64,000 nt of DNA from a virus (IMGVR_UViG_3300037069_000806:3493-67492); one strand, 5' to 3'; positions 47,478-56,805 are shown, numbered from the stretch's first letter. Translations and numbers: made by a program. Notes: generated from the letters alone by a model not told the origin.

Positions 47478-47876
47478 ATGCCCAACCTCGCTGGAGTCAT
47501 CGACCTGTCCTCGCTCTCTGCTGACGACCAGGCGGCGGTCGATGTCATGGCGGAAGGCGTCGAGCCCGAGTCGGAGTCCGAGACCGCCGGGCTGGACGCC
47601 CGCCAGCCGGTGGACACCCTGTTCGTCGTCTTCCGCGCGCTCGATGGCCAGGTCATCGGGACAGCCGACCCGGACATCCTCAACGTGATCCGACCGCTGC
47701 GTCAGGCCACGGCCGACGACCTGTACGGCATGTCCGCCGTCGTCCAGAAGGACATCACCGCTGCGGAGTCCGGCCAGGCCGCAGGACAGGCGGTCCAGGC
47801 GGCACTGATGCAGCAGATGCAGCAGGTCAAGGCCGCGCAGGAGGAAGCCCAGATCCGCTCCCGTCTCAAGATCTGA
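47478..47876 (+). CDS. Hypothetical protein
   Basis: GGAG SD. Confidence 0.7.
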   Translation: MPNLAGVIDLSSLSADDQAAVDVMAEGVEPESESETAGLDARQPVDTLFVVFRALDGQVIGTADPDILNVIRPLRQATADDLYGMSAVVQKDITAAESGQAAGQAVQAALMQQMQQVKAAQEEAQIRSRLKI

Positions 47877-47891
47877 GAGGAGGGAATCACC

Positions 47892-48068
47892 ATGGCTATT
47901 CAGAAGCGAACTGTCATCTCACTGAACGTGTGGACCGCTGGGTCACCCGTCACTCTCGGCGACCTCCAGGAGTTCATCAACACGGCGCGCACAGCGGGGC
48001 TAGACGAGTCGACCGCTCTCCATTACGCGGGCAGCGGCTCCATCGAGGTCGCACTCCCAGAGGCGTGA
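47892..48068 (+). CDS. 58-aa hypothetical protein (not in the ORF track)
   Basis: Strong GAGGAGG SD; MAIQKRTVISLNVW... Confidence 0.6.
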   Translation: MAIQKRTVISLNVWTAGSPVTLGDLQEFINTARTAGLDESTALHYAGSGSIEVALPEA

Positions 48069-48073
48069 CGCCC

Positions 48074-48304
48074 ATGCTCTGGTCCTTCCTTCTCACCATC
48101 ATCGGAGTCTTCGGGCTCTGGTTGGTGGGTAGGAAGGACTGGCGCGGGTTCGTCGTCGGTATCTGTGCTCAGGTGCTCTGGGCCACGTACGCCACGGCCA
48201 CCCATCAGTGGGGCTTCTACATCTCGTGCATCGCCTATGGGTGGATCAACCTCAAGAACCTTCGGGGTTGGCACTCATCGGAACCGGTTCTCAGAAACCG
48301 GTAG
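48074..48304 (+). CDS. PnuC-like small membrane protein
   Basis: W..LL..IG..GLWLVGRK.W.GF..G...Q.LW..YA....QWGF. Confidence 0.7.
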   Translation: MLWSFLLTIIGVFGLWLVGRKDWRGFVVGICAQVLWATYATATHQWGFYISCIAYGWINLKNLRGWHSSEPVLRNR

Positions 48305-48313
48305 ACTTGCGGT

Positions 48314-49075
48314 ATGTCACGACGCTCCCGACCCGAGTTCGACATGAGGTCGAACATCAAGGCCGCGCCGGGCAGCCAAGGCACCCTCTTCCAAGGCGGA
48401 CAGAAGTCCGGCAATAAGTGGGCCCGTGGCTACGCGCCCGAGCGACTGGCCGAGGTTCGTGACGCCCTGGCACACACACCCGTCGTCGGAGGCGACCGAC
48501 CACGCCAGGTGGGAGTGAACGAGGCCGGAGAACCACGCTACGACAGCCCACAGTTGCGCTCATTCGTCACTCAGGAACTGGCACGCTCGTCTGTCCCCGC
48601 GCAGCAGATGCAGGGCATCGCGCGCATCGGCGCAGCGACAGGTGAGGGTCGTCAAGGTGCCTACTGGCCGAAGACCCGGACCATGGACCTCAAGGTCGGT
48701 CCCGACGTCTCGATCCACAAGGCGGGTGCCACCCTGATCCACGAACTGGGGCACCACGTCGACCTGAGCGAGGGCCACACGGCTACTACCCTGGATCCCC
48801 TGCTCCAGCAGGACCACCGGACCTACGCCCCGCAGGCCAAGGGCCGCGCCGAGGGGTTCGCGGACACCTTCATGGAGAACCACTTCGTCCCCCACCCCAA
48901 TAGCCCGTACCAGGACGCGAAGCACGTCCCCGGTGGCACGTACGACCAGCGATTCAACACCCGGGAGTTAGCCAGCCACTACCCCGGCTACCTCACCACG
49001 CGGCCGGGCCCCCGGCGCACGCTCGACCACCTGGGTCCGCAGTTCGGCCAGCACCAGCAGCAGGAACTATTCTGA
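48314..49075 (+). CDS. HExxH zincin-like metallopeptidase-domain protein
   Basis: TLIHELGHHVD...AEGFAD. Leaderless layout: TAGACT-N6-ATG after AACCGGTT. Confidence 0.7.
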   Translation: MSRRSRPEFDMRSNIKAAPGSQGTLFQGGQKSGNKWARGYAPERLAEVRDALAHTPVVGGDRPRQVGVNEAGEPRYDSPQLRSFVTQELARSSVPAQQMQGIARIGAATGEGRQGAYWPKTRTMDLKVGPDVSIHKAGATLIHELGHHVDLSEGHTATTLDPLLQQDHRTYAPQAKGRAEGFADTFMENHFVPHPNSPYQDAKHVPGGTYDQRFNTRELASHYPGYLTTRPGPRRTLDHLGPQFGQHQQQELF

Positions 49076-49284
49076 TGGCCGCCTCCGATCACCTGAGCCC
49101 ACGACAGTTTAACGAGTACGGCTTCAGCAAGGACCGCAGGTGCTACTCGTCGGACTGCCACAACCCTGTCAGTGGGTGGACGCCCAGGTCGGCCATCGTA
49201 GCGGGGGCCAAGGGTGACGACGCGGTCCACACCTGCTCGTCCTGCCACAAGTTCTACACCGGGGAAGAGAGGCCGAAGAAGTGA
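49075..49284 (+). CDS. Small Cys-rich protein with N-terminal HLSPRQF
   Basis: C....C...C..C; TGATG coupling. Confidence 0.65.
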   Translation: MAASDHLSPRQFNEYGFSKDRRCYSSDCHNPVSGWTPRSAIVAGAKGDDAVHTCSSCHKFYTGEERPKK

Positions 49285-49769
49285 GCGCCGTCGTGCTCTC
49301 GGTTGAGGGCATCCTCAAGGACCACCGTGGAACCCCCATCGACGGGGGCATCATGCTCTTCGAGTCCCTGAAGAAGGGATTCTCGGTGGTGCTGGTCAGC
49401 AGCGAGACCAACCTCGACAAGGTCAACCAGTGGTTGCAGATTGCGGGAGTCAAGGGCGCGCACTACCTGCTGGTCGCGAAGCCTGAGGACTCCGAGGAGG
49501 ACGAGAAGCGCTGGCTCGCACAGATGAAGCGGGCCGAGGCGACCCTGACGGACATCCGGTTCGTGGTGGTGGCCGACCCTGGCGTCGCCGCCGTTCTTAC
49601 CGACCACTCCTTCCCCGTACTGCTGTCGGTGCGGCCCGAGTACCTACGTCCCGAGTTTCGTCCGGATCACAAGCATGAAGTAACTCCGTGGGACACTTTG
49701 GTTGCGAACGTAGACCGCCAGCGGACCATGCGCGCGGCCGACTCGCGGCCCTATGAGGAGGTTCTGTGA
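49281..49769 (+). CDS. Degenerate HAD-superfamily protein
   Basis: VVLSVEGIL at the DxDG position; PIDGG..LF..L....VVLVS. Confidence 0.6.
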   Translation: MSAVVLSVEGILKDHRGTPIDGGIMLFESLKKGFSVVLVSSETNLDKVNQWLQIAGVKGAHYLLVAKPEDSEEDEKRWLAQMKRAEATLTDIRFVVVADPGVAAVLTDHSFPVLLSVRPEYLRPEFRPDHKHEVTPWDTLVANVDRQRTMRAADSRPYEEVL

Positions 49770-50161
49770 GCGGCATCCTGAACGTGCATCAGTTCGTCAC
49801 CAATGCTCAGAATCAGTGGTGGACCCGCGAGCACCCGAGGTCGGTCCAGCCCATGAACGTGCAGGCGCAGCGGTCCATCGAGATCGAGCAGAGCGAGTTG
49901 GGGAACATCGAGCACCTGCGTCAGAACGACGACGCCGACCACACGGGCTCGACCCCTCCGTCCGTCCCGTCCGAGTCTGCGACTCCGGCTCCCAGGAAGA
50001 CCCTGCCGTCTCTGAAGGCGTCCGCCCGGCGCAAGGCCAACGTCCCGGTCATGCCGTCATCCCGGGGTCGGGTCGCATCCCCTGGCATGACCGTGTCCTC
50101 TCGCACACCCCGACCGAATCCGAAGAAGCAGGCTGGACCCGGACAGGGGTCCATGTTCTAG
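49766..50161 (+). CDS. Disordered basic protein (ILNVHQF ... QGSMF)
   Basis: GAGGAGG SD; GTGA overlap. Confidence 0.6.
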   Translation: MSGILNVHQFVTNAQNQWWTREHPRSVQPMNVQAQRSIEIEQSELGNIEHLRQNDDADHTGSTPPSVPSESATPAPRKTLPSLKASARRKANVPVMPSSRGRVASPGMTVSSRTPRPNPKKQAGPGQGSMF

Positions 50162-50201
50162 CGAATCCCTGATCCAACGAAGAACCGACCTGGGGAACGA
50201 C

Positions 50202-51710
50202 ATGAAGATCTGGTACGGCGGGAGCGAGATCCCTGGCTGGCGCACGCTCCTGGAAGAGGAGCAGATCCCGCATGTCGCCCTGTCCTTCGTCGGCCTCGGC
50301 CGCAGGAACAAGTTCACCAAGCCTTGGATCGTCGCCGAGCGGTACCCGGACTGGCAGCAGGTCTTCCTCGACTCAGGTGCGCACTCGCTGAACAAGCGGG
50401 ACGACATCGAAGAGGACACCCTCCTGGACCTGTACGAGAAGTACCGATCTCTGGTCATGGCCAACCTGGACCGGATCGCGATGGTCTCCGAGTTCGACGC
50501 CCTGGCCCTCGGGACCGATTGGATGGAGCGGCAGCGGACCGACTTCTGGGCTGACATCCCGACCGATAAGTTCGTCCCCATCTGGCACGCTGAACAAGGC
50601 CTGGGGGCGCTGGAGGCGCTGTGCGACCGCTTCCCCCAGGTCGGCGTGACCGCCTCAGCGATGGGCGGTAGGGACCTCGCGCCGTTCCTCGGCAGGCTTC
50701 ACCGCACCTACGGGACGTGGCTGCACGGGGTCAACATGTCCAAGGTCGAGGAGATGCAGACCCTCCCGTGGCACTCCATCTCGACAATCTCGTGGCTCTC
50801 CCCGGCCCAGTACGGCGACACCATTGTGTGGACCGGTCGGGAACTCAAGCGCTACCCGAAGAAGATGAAGGAGCAGGCGCGAAAGCGGCACCGCACCGTC
50901 ATTTCCGGAGCCGGTCTGAATCCGGAACTGATAGAGAACGACGACCCCAAAGAGGTGCTTCGACTGTCGCTGTGGTCCTGGCGTCAACTGGAGGCCAAGA
51001 TCGACCGCCGACACCTCGCGGTGGTCCCGGAGGGCGAAAGTAGTAACTCTTTCGCCGAACAGACGTCAGGAGCGAACGTGGTCACCGACGACACAGATGT
51101 TGATACGAAGGCTCCGGAGGCTGCGTACGAAGGTACAACTTCGGCGGTGCTGAAGGTTCGCGAACGTATCAACTTGCCCATCTTCGGACAGATCACGAAG
51201 ACGGTCCCTGGGTTCGGGGAGGACGGGGCCCCGGAGGAGCAGGAGATCACCCTCCTGAACAGCCGTTCGGAGTCCCTCCGGATGTGCGACACCTGCTTCC
51301 TGGCGTCCAAGTGTCCGGCAATGGAGCCCAAGAGCAACTGCGTCTATGACATCCCGATGGAGATCCGCACCAAGGACCAACTGGACGCTCTCCAGGACTC
51401 CCTCATCGAAATCCAGGCCCAGAGGGTCGCTTTCATGCGGATGTCGGAGGATCTGGAGGGCGGATATGCGGATCCCAACCTCTCCAACGAACTCGACCGC
51501 CTCGGCAAGATGATCCAGCGCAAGCAGGACAGCCAGGACGAGCGGGTCTCGATCAACATCCAGGCACAGGCTCGTGGCCAGGCCGGGATGATCTCGCGAA
51601 TCTTCGGGAGGGACGCTGGGGACTCCGTCCGAGCACTCCCCGGCGGCCCTATCTCGGTCGAGCGGGCCATGGAGGACTCACCGATTCTGGACGCTGAGGT
51701 CATCGACTGA
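50202..51710 (+). CDS. TGT/DpdA-like TIM-barrel protein with a C-terminal Cys4 domain
   Basis: VFLDSGAHS, EFD, FVPIWH, LHGVNM and PWHSISTISW motifs; CDTC....KC.......C. Confidence 0.75.
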   Translation: MKIWYGGSEIPGWRTLLEEEQIPHVALSFVGLGRRNKFTKPWIVAERYPDWQQVFLDSGAHSLNKRDDIEEDTLLDLYEKYRSLVMANLDRIAMVSEFDALALGTDWMERQRTDFWADIPTDKFVPIWHAEQGLGALEALCDRFPQVGVTASAMGGRDLAPFLGRLHRTYGTWLHGVNMSKVEEMQTLPWHSISTISWLSPAQYGDTIVWTGRELKRYPKKMKEQARKRHRTVISGAGLNPELIENDDPKEVLRLSLWSWRQLEAKIDRRHLAVVPEGESSNSFAEQTSGANVVTDDTDVDTKAPEAAYEGTTSAVLKVRERINLPIFGQITKTVPGFGEDGAPEEQEITLLNSRSESLRMCDTCFLASKCPAMEPKSNCVYDIPMEIRTKDQLDALQDSLIEIQAQRVAFMRMSEDLEGGYADPNLSNELDRLGKMIQRKQDSQDERVSINIQAQARGQAGMISRIFGRDAGDSVRALPGGPISVERAMEDSPILDAEVID

Positions 51711-51890
51711 GGTTCGCAAGGTAGTTGGTATTTCACCGACCGAACCCCTGCGTACTGGTGTCGCGCGAGCCCGACCGATTCGGGGACCGATGAGCACACA
51801 GGCTGGGCTACAGTCCGCGACCGATCTGGGCTACAGAACGCGGTCGATGGGACACGCCGAACCGTAAACCGGCTAACCGTAAACCGATTT
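51711..51890. repeat. Repeat-rich non-coding junction
   Basis: CTGGGCTACAG x2 (51803, 51826), AACCGTAAACCG x2 (51860, 51875), several GACCGA copies, GACACGCC. Confidence 0.6.
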
Positions 51891-52021
51891 ACCAGAAGCG
51901 CGCCACTTGGGGCACCGGCCATCAGAAAGTGATTGCCGAAGACATCTCGACATTCTCCTTTCGGGATCTTGCTGCCCTGGCCCGCCTTGACTCCCTGCCC
52001 CGGCCATTGGCTGACCCCTCA

Positions 52022-52084
52022 CACGCAACACACCGGGCGAAACCCCTTGACAACCGGTTCACGGGGCCTCAACCTGGAGGCATG
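52022..52084 (+). promoter_or_regulatory. Leaderless promoter P1
   Basis: TTGACA-N17-CAACCT-N6-ATG (52082). Confidence 0.85.
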
Positions 52085-52324
52085 TCAACCGGACGCCGCG
52101 CCATCATGAACCGCAAGTCGGGCACCTGCCACTGCGGTGCCCACGTCCCGAGCGGGACCGGTCTCGCAGTCGCCCCCAGCGGTTACGGCCGGAAGCCCTG
52201 GGAGGTGCTCTGCCCCACCCACGCCGCTGACCACCAGCGCCAGTACCAGGCCGTCGAGGACGACCGGCTGGCGTACTACGGCAGCGCCGAGCGGGCCGAC
52301 TCCTTCGCCCCGAGTGGCTGGTGA
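52082..52324 (+). CDS. Early small Zn-binding protein
   Basis: CHCG...C.TH; leaderless start. Confidence 0.7.
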   Translation: MSTGRRAIMNRKSGTCHCGAHVPSGTGLAVAPSGYGRKPWEVLCPTHAADHQRQYQAVEDDRLAYYGSAERADSFAPSGW

Positions 52325-52896
52325 CCGTGGACGACTTCGGGCTCTGCCCTCACCTCGACAACCAGTGCGACCCAGCCTCTGCACCGTGCGGCGGCTGCCG
52401 ACAGGACCAGGAGACAACGTCATGAGCAAGACCTACCGGGACGCTCACGTGGACCGCGTGCAGGAACTGCGCCGGGGGAGCCGGACCGACCGGTTCAGCC
52501 CGACCAAGGACCGCCGGGTCAAGGGCGGCCGTTCCGACCAGCGGCGGATCCTCGCCACCCTCAACCTGAAGGGCGAGTACTGATCATGTACCCGAACTCC
52601 TCCTCCTGCCCCTACGGCGAGACGTGCTGCCCCCGCGAGGGGTCGTCCTGGCCTCTCACCACCGTTCACCTCAAGGACGGCGACAACGGTGTCCAGGTCC
52701 GGGGTCGGCTGACCACCACGGACGACGAGGTCACCCTGACCACGAAGAGCGGACGGCGTTACGTCTTCCCGCGCGAGGGTGTCGCGTACTGGATCGTGGA
52801 GGCCTGATGCTCGACCGGCCCTTTGCCGTCGCGCTGTTCATCGTGTCCGTCGTCGCCTTCCTCTGGGTGATTCTTCGCGACGACAGCATCGACTGA
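52321..52896 (+). CDS. Block of four tiny coupled ORFs (52321-52425, 52422-52583, 52586-52807, 52807-52896)
   Basis: Start/stop overlaps; the last ORF is a single-TM peptide. Confidence 0.55.
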
Positions 52897-52955
52897 CAAG
52901 CCTTTCTGTGAAACCTATTGACCACCACCCACGGAAGCCCCACACTGGAGCCATG
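52893..52955 (+). promoter_or_regulatory. Leaderless promoter P2
   Basis: TTGACC-N17-CACACT-N6-ATG (52953). Confidence 0.85.
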
Positions 52956-53762
52956 GACCTCACCACGCCCGCTCAGATCGACACCCGCCTCGCCGCCATC
53001 TACTGGGAGGAGGCCAAGGTCCGCGCCGAGCGCGACCAGGCGCTCGCCAACCTCCGCCGGATCGTCGCGGCGCAGGGCACTTACGAGGCGGCGTACTACT
53101 GGAACAGCCCGGAGAAGCAGGCCGAGGCCGAGCGCGTGATCAACGCGGCCGACGCCGAGATCACCCGCCTGGGGAACGAGGCCGAGCCGCTGGAGGCGCA
53201 GTACGCCGCACGTCGCTGGACCCGGTACTACCTCGTGACCAACAGCAACGGGCACGTCCACTCCTCCACCTCGTGCGACACCTGCTTCCCGACGACCCAG
53301 TACGCGTGGCTGACCGAGCAGTCCGGCATGACAGCCGAGGCGCTGGTCGACCTGGCGGGCGAGTCGGCATGCACCGTCTGCTTCCCGTGGGCACCGGTCG
53401 CGGTGCTCGCGCGCCCCTCGGTGCTGGAGGCCCCGGAGCGAAAGGCGGCGCGCGAGGAGCGCGAGGCCAAGCGGGCAGCGCGGGACGCGAAGAAGGTCGA
53501 GAAGGCGCTCTTCACCGACGAGCCCGACCGGGTGATCAAGATCGACGTCCACTACCTGGGCACCGTGGCTGCTGCCCGCTCGTGGCTGACCGATGCGGCG
53601 CAGTGGAAGGGCTGGTACGAGGCCGATGGGCGCGAGGGCGGCCACCCCTCCTACCCGCCGGAGGGCGTCGCCCAGGTCGCCCAGGCCGTCGCTGCCAAGG
53701 AAGGCAAGACCACCGAGACCGTGCTGGACGAGGCTGCCAAGCGCGCAGCGAAGAGGAAGTGA
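52953..53762 (+). CDS. Early protein with an H/C zinc-binding domain
   Basis: WTRYYLV..SNGHVHSS.SCDTC...ACTVCFP.AP. Confidence 0.8.
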   Translation: MDLTTPAQIDTRLAAIYWEEAKVRAERDQALANLRRIVAAQGTYEAAYYWNSPEKQAEAERVINAADAEITRLGNEAEPLEAQYAARRWTRYYLVTNSNGHVHSSTSCDTCFPTTQYAWLTEQSGMTAEALVDLAGESACTVCFPWAPVAVLARPSVLEAPERKAAREEREAKRAARDAKKVEKALFTDEPDRVIKIDVHYLGTVAAARSWLTDAAQWKGWYEADGREGGHPSYPPEGVAQVAQAVAAKEGKTTETVLDEAAKRAAKRK

Positions 53763-53766
53763 CATC

Positions 53767-54075
53767 ATGATCACGTACAGCCTGTTCCTCCCGGTGCTGA
53801 CCCGGGACCCGGACGCGATCCGGCGCGCGCTCTACGCGCACTCGTCGGTGGTCAAAGAGGTCGAGGTCAGCGCCAACCACGCCGCCCTCATCGTCCGCGT
53901 GGACGCGGCCACCAACGACGCCGAGGTCGGCCCGGTCAGGAGCCGGGCGCAGTTTCTGGCCGAGTACCAGCGCGGTCGGCTGCTCTCGTTCCTGGGCACC
54001 GCCGTGATCGAGCCCCAGGAGACCGAGGAGACGGCGTACGCCCTCCTGGTCGATCTGGTCGGCGCGCTGGTCTGA
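53767..54075 (+). CDS. Hypothetical early protein
   Basis: GAGG SD. Confidence 0.65.
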   Translation: MITYSLFLPVLTRDPDAIRRALYAHSSVVKEVEVSANHAALIVRVDAATNDAEVGPVRSRAQFLAEYQRGRLLSFLGTAVIEPQETEETAYALLVDLVGALV

Positions 54076-54085
54076 CCTTCACCGG

Positions 54086-54148
54086 TAGTCAAGGATCTCC
54101 GCGAAACCCCTTGACCACCGGTTCGGACGGCCCCATACTGGACACATG
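54086..54148 (+). promoter_or_regulatory. Leaderless promoter P3
   Basis: TTGACC-N17-CATACT-N6-ATG (54146). Confidence 0.88.
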
Positions 54149-54974
54149 ACGAACCGCGCCCAGGCCCCGCAGGACTTCATCGGCTCGTACGGCTCGACCT
54201 GGCGCGCAGGCGTCATCTCCGAGCACGTCCCCGCGTTCGTGGCAGCAGGCGGCCAGGTCCGCCCGGCCGCATCCGGCTCCGGTCTCTCGTGGGCGGTCAT
54301 GACCGACGCCAACGGCTGGGCGCTCCCCGTCGTGTGCTCTGCCCTGGTGGCGGTCTACACCGAGGACGGCGCGCAGACGGGTCGCTGCGGCGCGGACGCC
54401 ACGGTCGACGGCTCGTGCCCCGGTCACGCCGAGGAGGCCGCCTCCTGGCTGGCAGCCAGCGAGGCCGAGCGCGTCCGCTGGGAGAAGGACGCCGACGCGT
54501 GGGCCGTCCAGGTCGCACCCGGGCTGTGGGTGTGACCACGCTCGCGCGCAACAGCCGACGGGCCGACCTGGCCGCGATGGGGACGCCGTCCCCGTTCCGC
54601 GCCAAGGCCGACAGCCGTCGCGCCCGTGAGGCGCAGGCCATGATCAACAAGCGGGTCGCCGAGGTCGCCTGGCTCCGCACCCTGCTCGACCAGCCGATGC
54701 CTGCGGCCCGCCGTCGCATCGCCCAGCAGCGGCTGTCCGCCACCCAGGCCAGCCTGGCGTCGTGGGTCACGTACCTGGACGACGGTGCCGAGCGCGAACC
54801 CCGAGCCGTGGCGAAGGTGACGCGGTGACCGTCGAGGGCCACGTGTTCCCCGGGCGCGACCAGGCATGCGCCCGAGCGGGCTGCACTGTGACCCAGGCCG
54901 AGGTGTGGCTGGACATCGACTGCGCCCGCGACTCCCACCACCAGGGCAGCCGCTGTGTCGGCTTTCCCCTCTGA
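54146..54974 (+). CDS. Three coupled early ORFs (54146-54535, 54532-54828, 54825-54974)
   Basis: GTGA overlaps. Confidence 0.65.
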
Positions 54975-54978
54975 GCGA

Positions 54979-55041
54979 CACGCAAGAAGATTGGGTAAAG
55001 TGCTTGACAACCGGTTGGCCAGGCCTCATTCTGGACACATG
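54979..55041 (+). promoter_or_regulatory. Leaderless promoter P4
   Basis: TTGACA-N17-CATTCT-N6-ATG (55039). Confidence 0.88.
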
Positions 55042-56805
55042 CACCCCACCACTTCAGACTTCGTTGTTGCTCCCGAGGGCGAGATCACCCGCGTCGTGAA
55101 GGCCGCCAAGGTCGTCAAGGACAAGGTCGCGCTCGTCTGGAAGAACGTGGACGAGCGCCAGGACGACGCGCTCTCCCTCAAGGTCCGTGACCTGCCCGGA
55201 CGCACCTACCTGCGCTCGAAGAAGATCAACGTGGTCGACCTCTCCAAGGAGGTTGTCGACTTCCTGTTCGCCGAGCGCTTCCTCGGTCTGGACGAGGTCG
55301 AGGCGGCGTACGCCGCGCTCCTGGCCGCCGAGGCCGCCGAGCGTGCCCGCAAGGCCGCTGCGATTGAGGCCAGCAAGGCCCAGGACACCGACCGCGAGGT
55401 CGCGCTGTCCCAGTTCCTGTACGGCTACCAGAAGGCGGGCGTCGAGTACGTCCTCGACCACGCGGACGGCCGCGCGATCATCGGCGATGAGATGGGGCTG
55501 GGCAAGAGCATCCAGGCCATCGCTGCCATCGAGGACGCCGACGCGTACCCGGCCATGGTCGCCTGCCCCCCGCACCTCGTGCGCAACTGGGTTCGGGAGT
55601 TCGGCAAGTTCAACCCCCAGCGCAAGGTCGTGATCGCCAAGGGCGTCACCCCGGACCCTGCCACCATCGCAGGCGCGGACGTGGTCGTCATCGGCTACGC
55701 GGTCCTGTCAGCGTGGGTCGGCTACCGGGTCGGTGACCCGCTGACCGGCGACCTGCTGTTCAAGAACGTCAAGTCGGTTGTCTTCGATGAGGCGCACTAC
55801 CTGAAGAACGACAAGTCGAGCCGGGCCAAGGCCGCACACGCACTGGCCCAGCGGCTGGACCCGAGCGCCCTGCGCCTGGCCCTGACCGGCACGGCTGTCC
55901 TCAACCGGGCGGACGAGATCCTGTCGCTCATCGAGGTCATCGGTCGCTGGAAGGAGTTCGGCTCCAAGGCCGAGTTCTTCCGCACCTACGTCGAGGGCAC
56001 GAGCCAGGAGACCCTGGAAGGCCTGAACGAGCGCCTGCGCAGCCTCTGCTACGTGCGTCGGCTGAAGTGCGACGTGCTGCCCGACCTCCCGGCCAAGCGC
56101 CGCGTGGACGCGTACTGCGAGGCCCCGGCCGACATCGCGCGCCAGTACGAGCGGGCCGCCAAGGACGTGATCGCGTTCCTGCTGGAGACGGCTGGCGAGA
56201 AGAAGGCCTCTTTCGCGGCGCGCGCCCAGGCGCTGGTTCGCCTCAACCTGCTGCGTCGCCTGGCCGGTCAGGCCAAGGTCGAGGCGGCAGTCGAGTGGGC
56301 CGAGGAGTTCGTCGGCAACAGCGAGCGCTCGCTGGTCGTGTTCGCCACGCACAAGGACGTCCAGGACGGGATCTACGACGGTCTGGTCGACGCCGGTGTC
56401 TCGGTCGCCCGGGTTCACGGCGACGACAACGACACCAAGGTCGAGACCGAGATCGCCCGGTTCCAGGCCAAGGGCGCGCGGGTCATCGTCTGCGGGCTCA
56501 AGAAGGCAGGCACCGGCATCACCCTCACGGCTGCCAGCGACGTGCTGATCGTGGAGCAGGACTGGACCCCGGCCAACCTGAACCAGGCTGAGGACCGGGT
56601 CCACAGGATCGGCCAGGAAGAGTCCGTCATGGCCACCCACCTCGTGGTGGACCTGCCCATTGATGAGCACCTGCGGTCCGTGGTCGCCCGCAAGCAGGTC
56701 ATCTGCGACGCAGTCAACCAGGGCCAGGGCAGCACCGAGGAACTGACCGAGGGTTCGGTCATGGACGAGGTGATCGACCTCCTCACCGGCCGCAAGGCCT
56801 CGTGA
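55039..56805 (+). CDS. SNF2-family (SMARCAL1/HARP-like) helicase
   Basis: GDEMGLGKS, DEAHYLKN, LTGT.VLNR, GTGITLTAA and QAEDRVHRIGQ motifs. Confidence 0.93.
   Translation: MHPTTSDFVVAPEGEITRVVKAAKVVKDKVALVWKNVDERQDDALSLKVRDLPGRTYLRSKKINVVDLSKEVVDFLFAERFLGLDEVEAAYAALLAAEAAERARKAAAIEASKAQDTDREVALSQFLYGYQKAGVEYVLDHADGRAIIGDEMGLGKSIQAIAAIEDADAYPAMVACPPHLVRNWVREFGKFNPQRKVVIAKGVTPDPATIAGADVVVIGYAVLSAWVGYRVGDPLTGDLLFKNVKSVVFDEAHYLKNDKSSRAKAAHALAQRLDPSALRLALTGTAVLNRADEILSLIEVIGRWKEFGSKAEFFRTYVEGTSQETLEGLNERLRSLCYVRRLKCDVLPDLPAKRRVDAYCEAPADIARQYERAAKDVIAFLLETAGEKKASFAARAQALVRLNLLRRLAGQAKVEAAVEWAEEFVGNSERSLVVFATHKDVQDGIYDGLVDAGVSVARVHGDDNDTKVETEIARFQAKGARVIVCGLKKAGTGITLTAASDVLIVEQDWTPANLNQAEDRVHRIGQEESVMATHLVVDLPIDEHLRSVVARKQVICDAVNQGQGSTEELTEGSVMDEVIDLLTGRKAS

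Noticed and set aside
51711-52040. tRNA or tmRNA in the non-coding gap
   Set aside because: No cloverleaf or T-loop context could be built by eye.
51929-52081. ORF-track upstream starts for early genes (51929, 52779, 54955, 56866)
   Set aside because: The extensions run through the promoter elements; the leaderless ATGs fit the conserved geometry.
52871-52900. CTGACAAG boxes as -35 elements of divergent promoters or as minus-strand PafBC sites
   Set aside because: No TAnnnT/CAnnnT at 17-nt or 10-nt spacing on the minus strand at 52893, 56935 or 60298.
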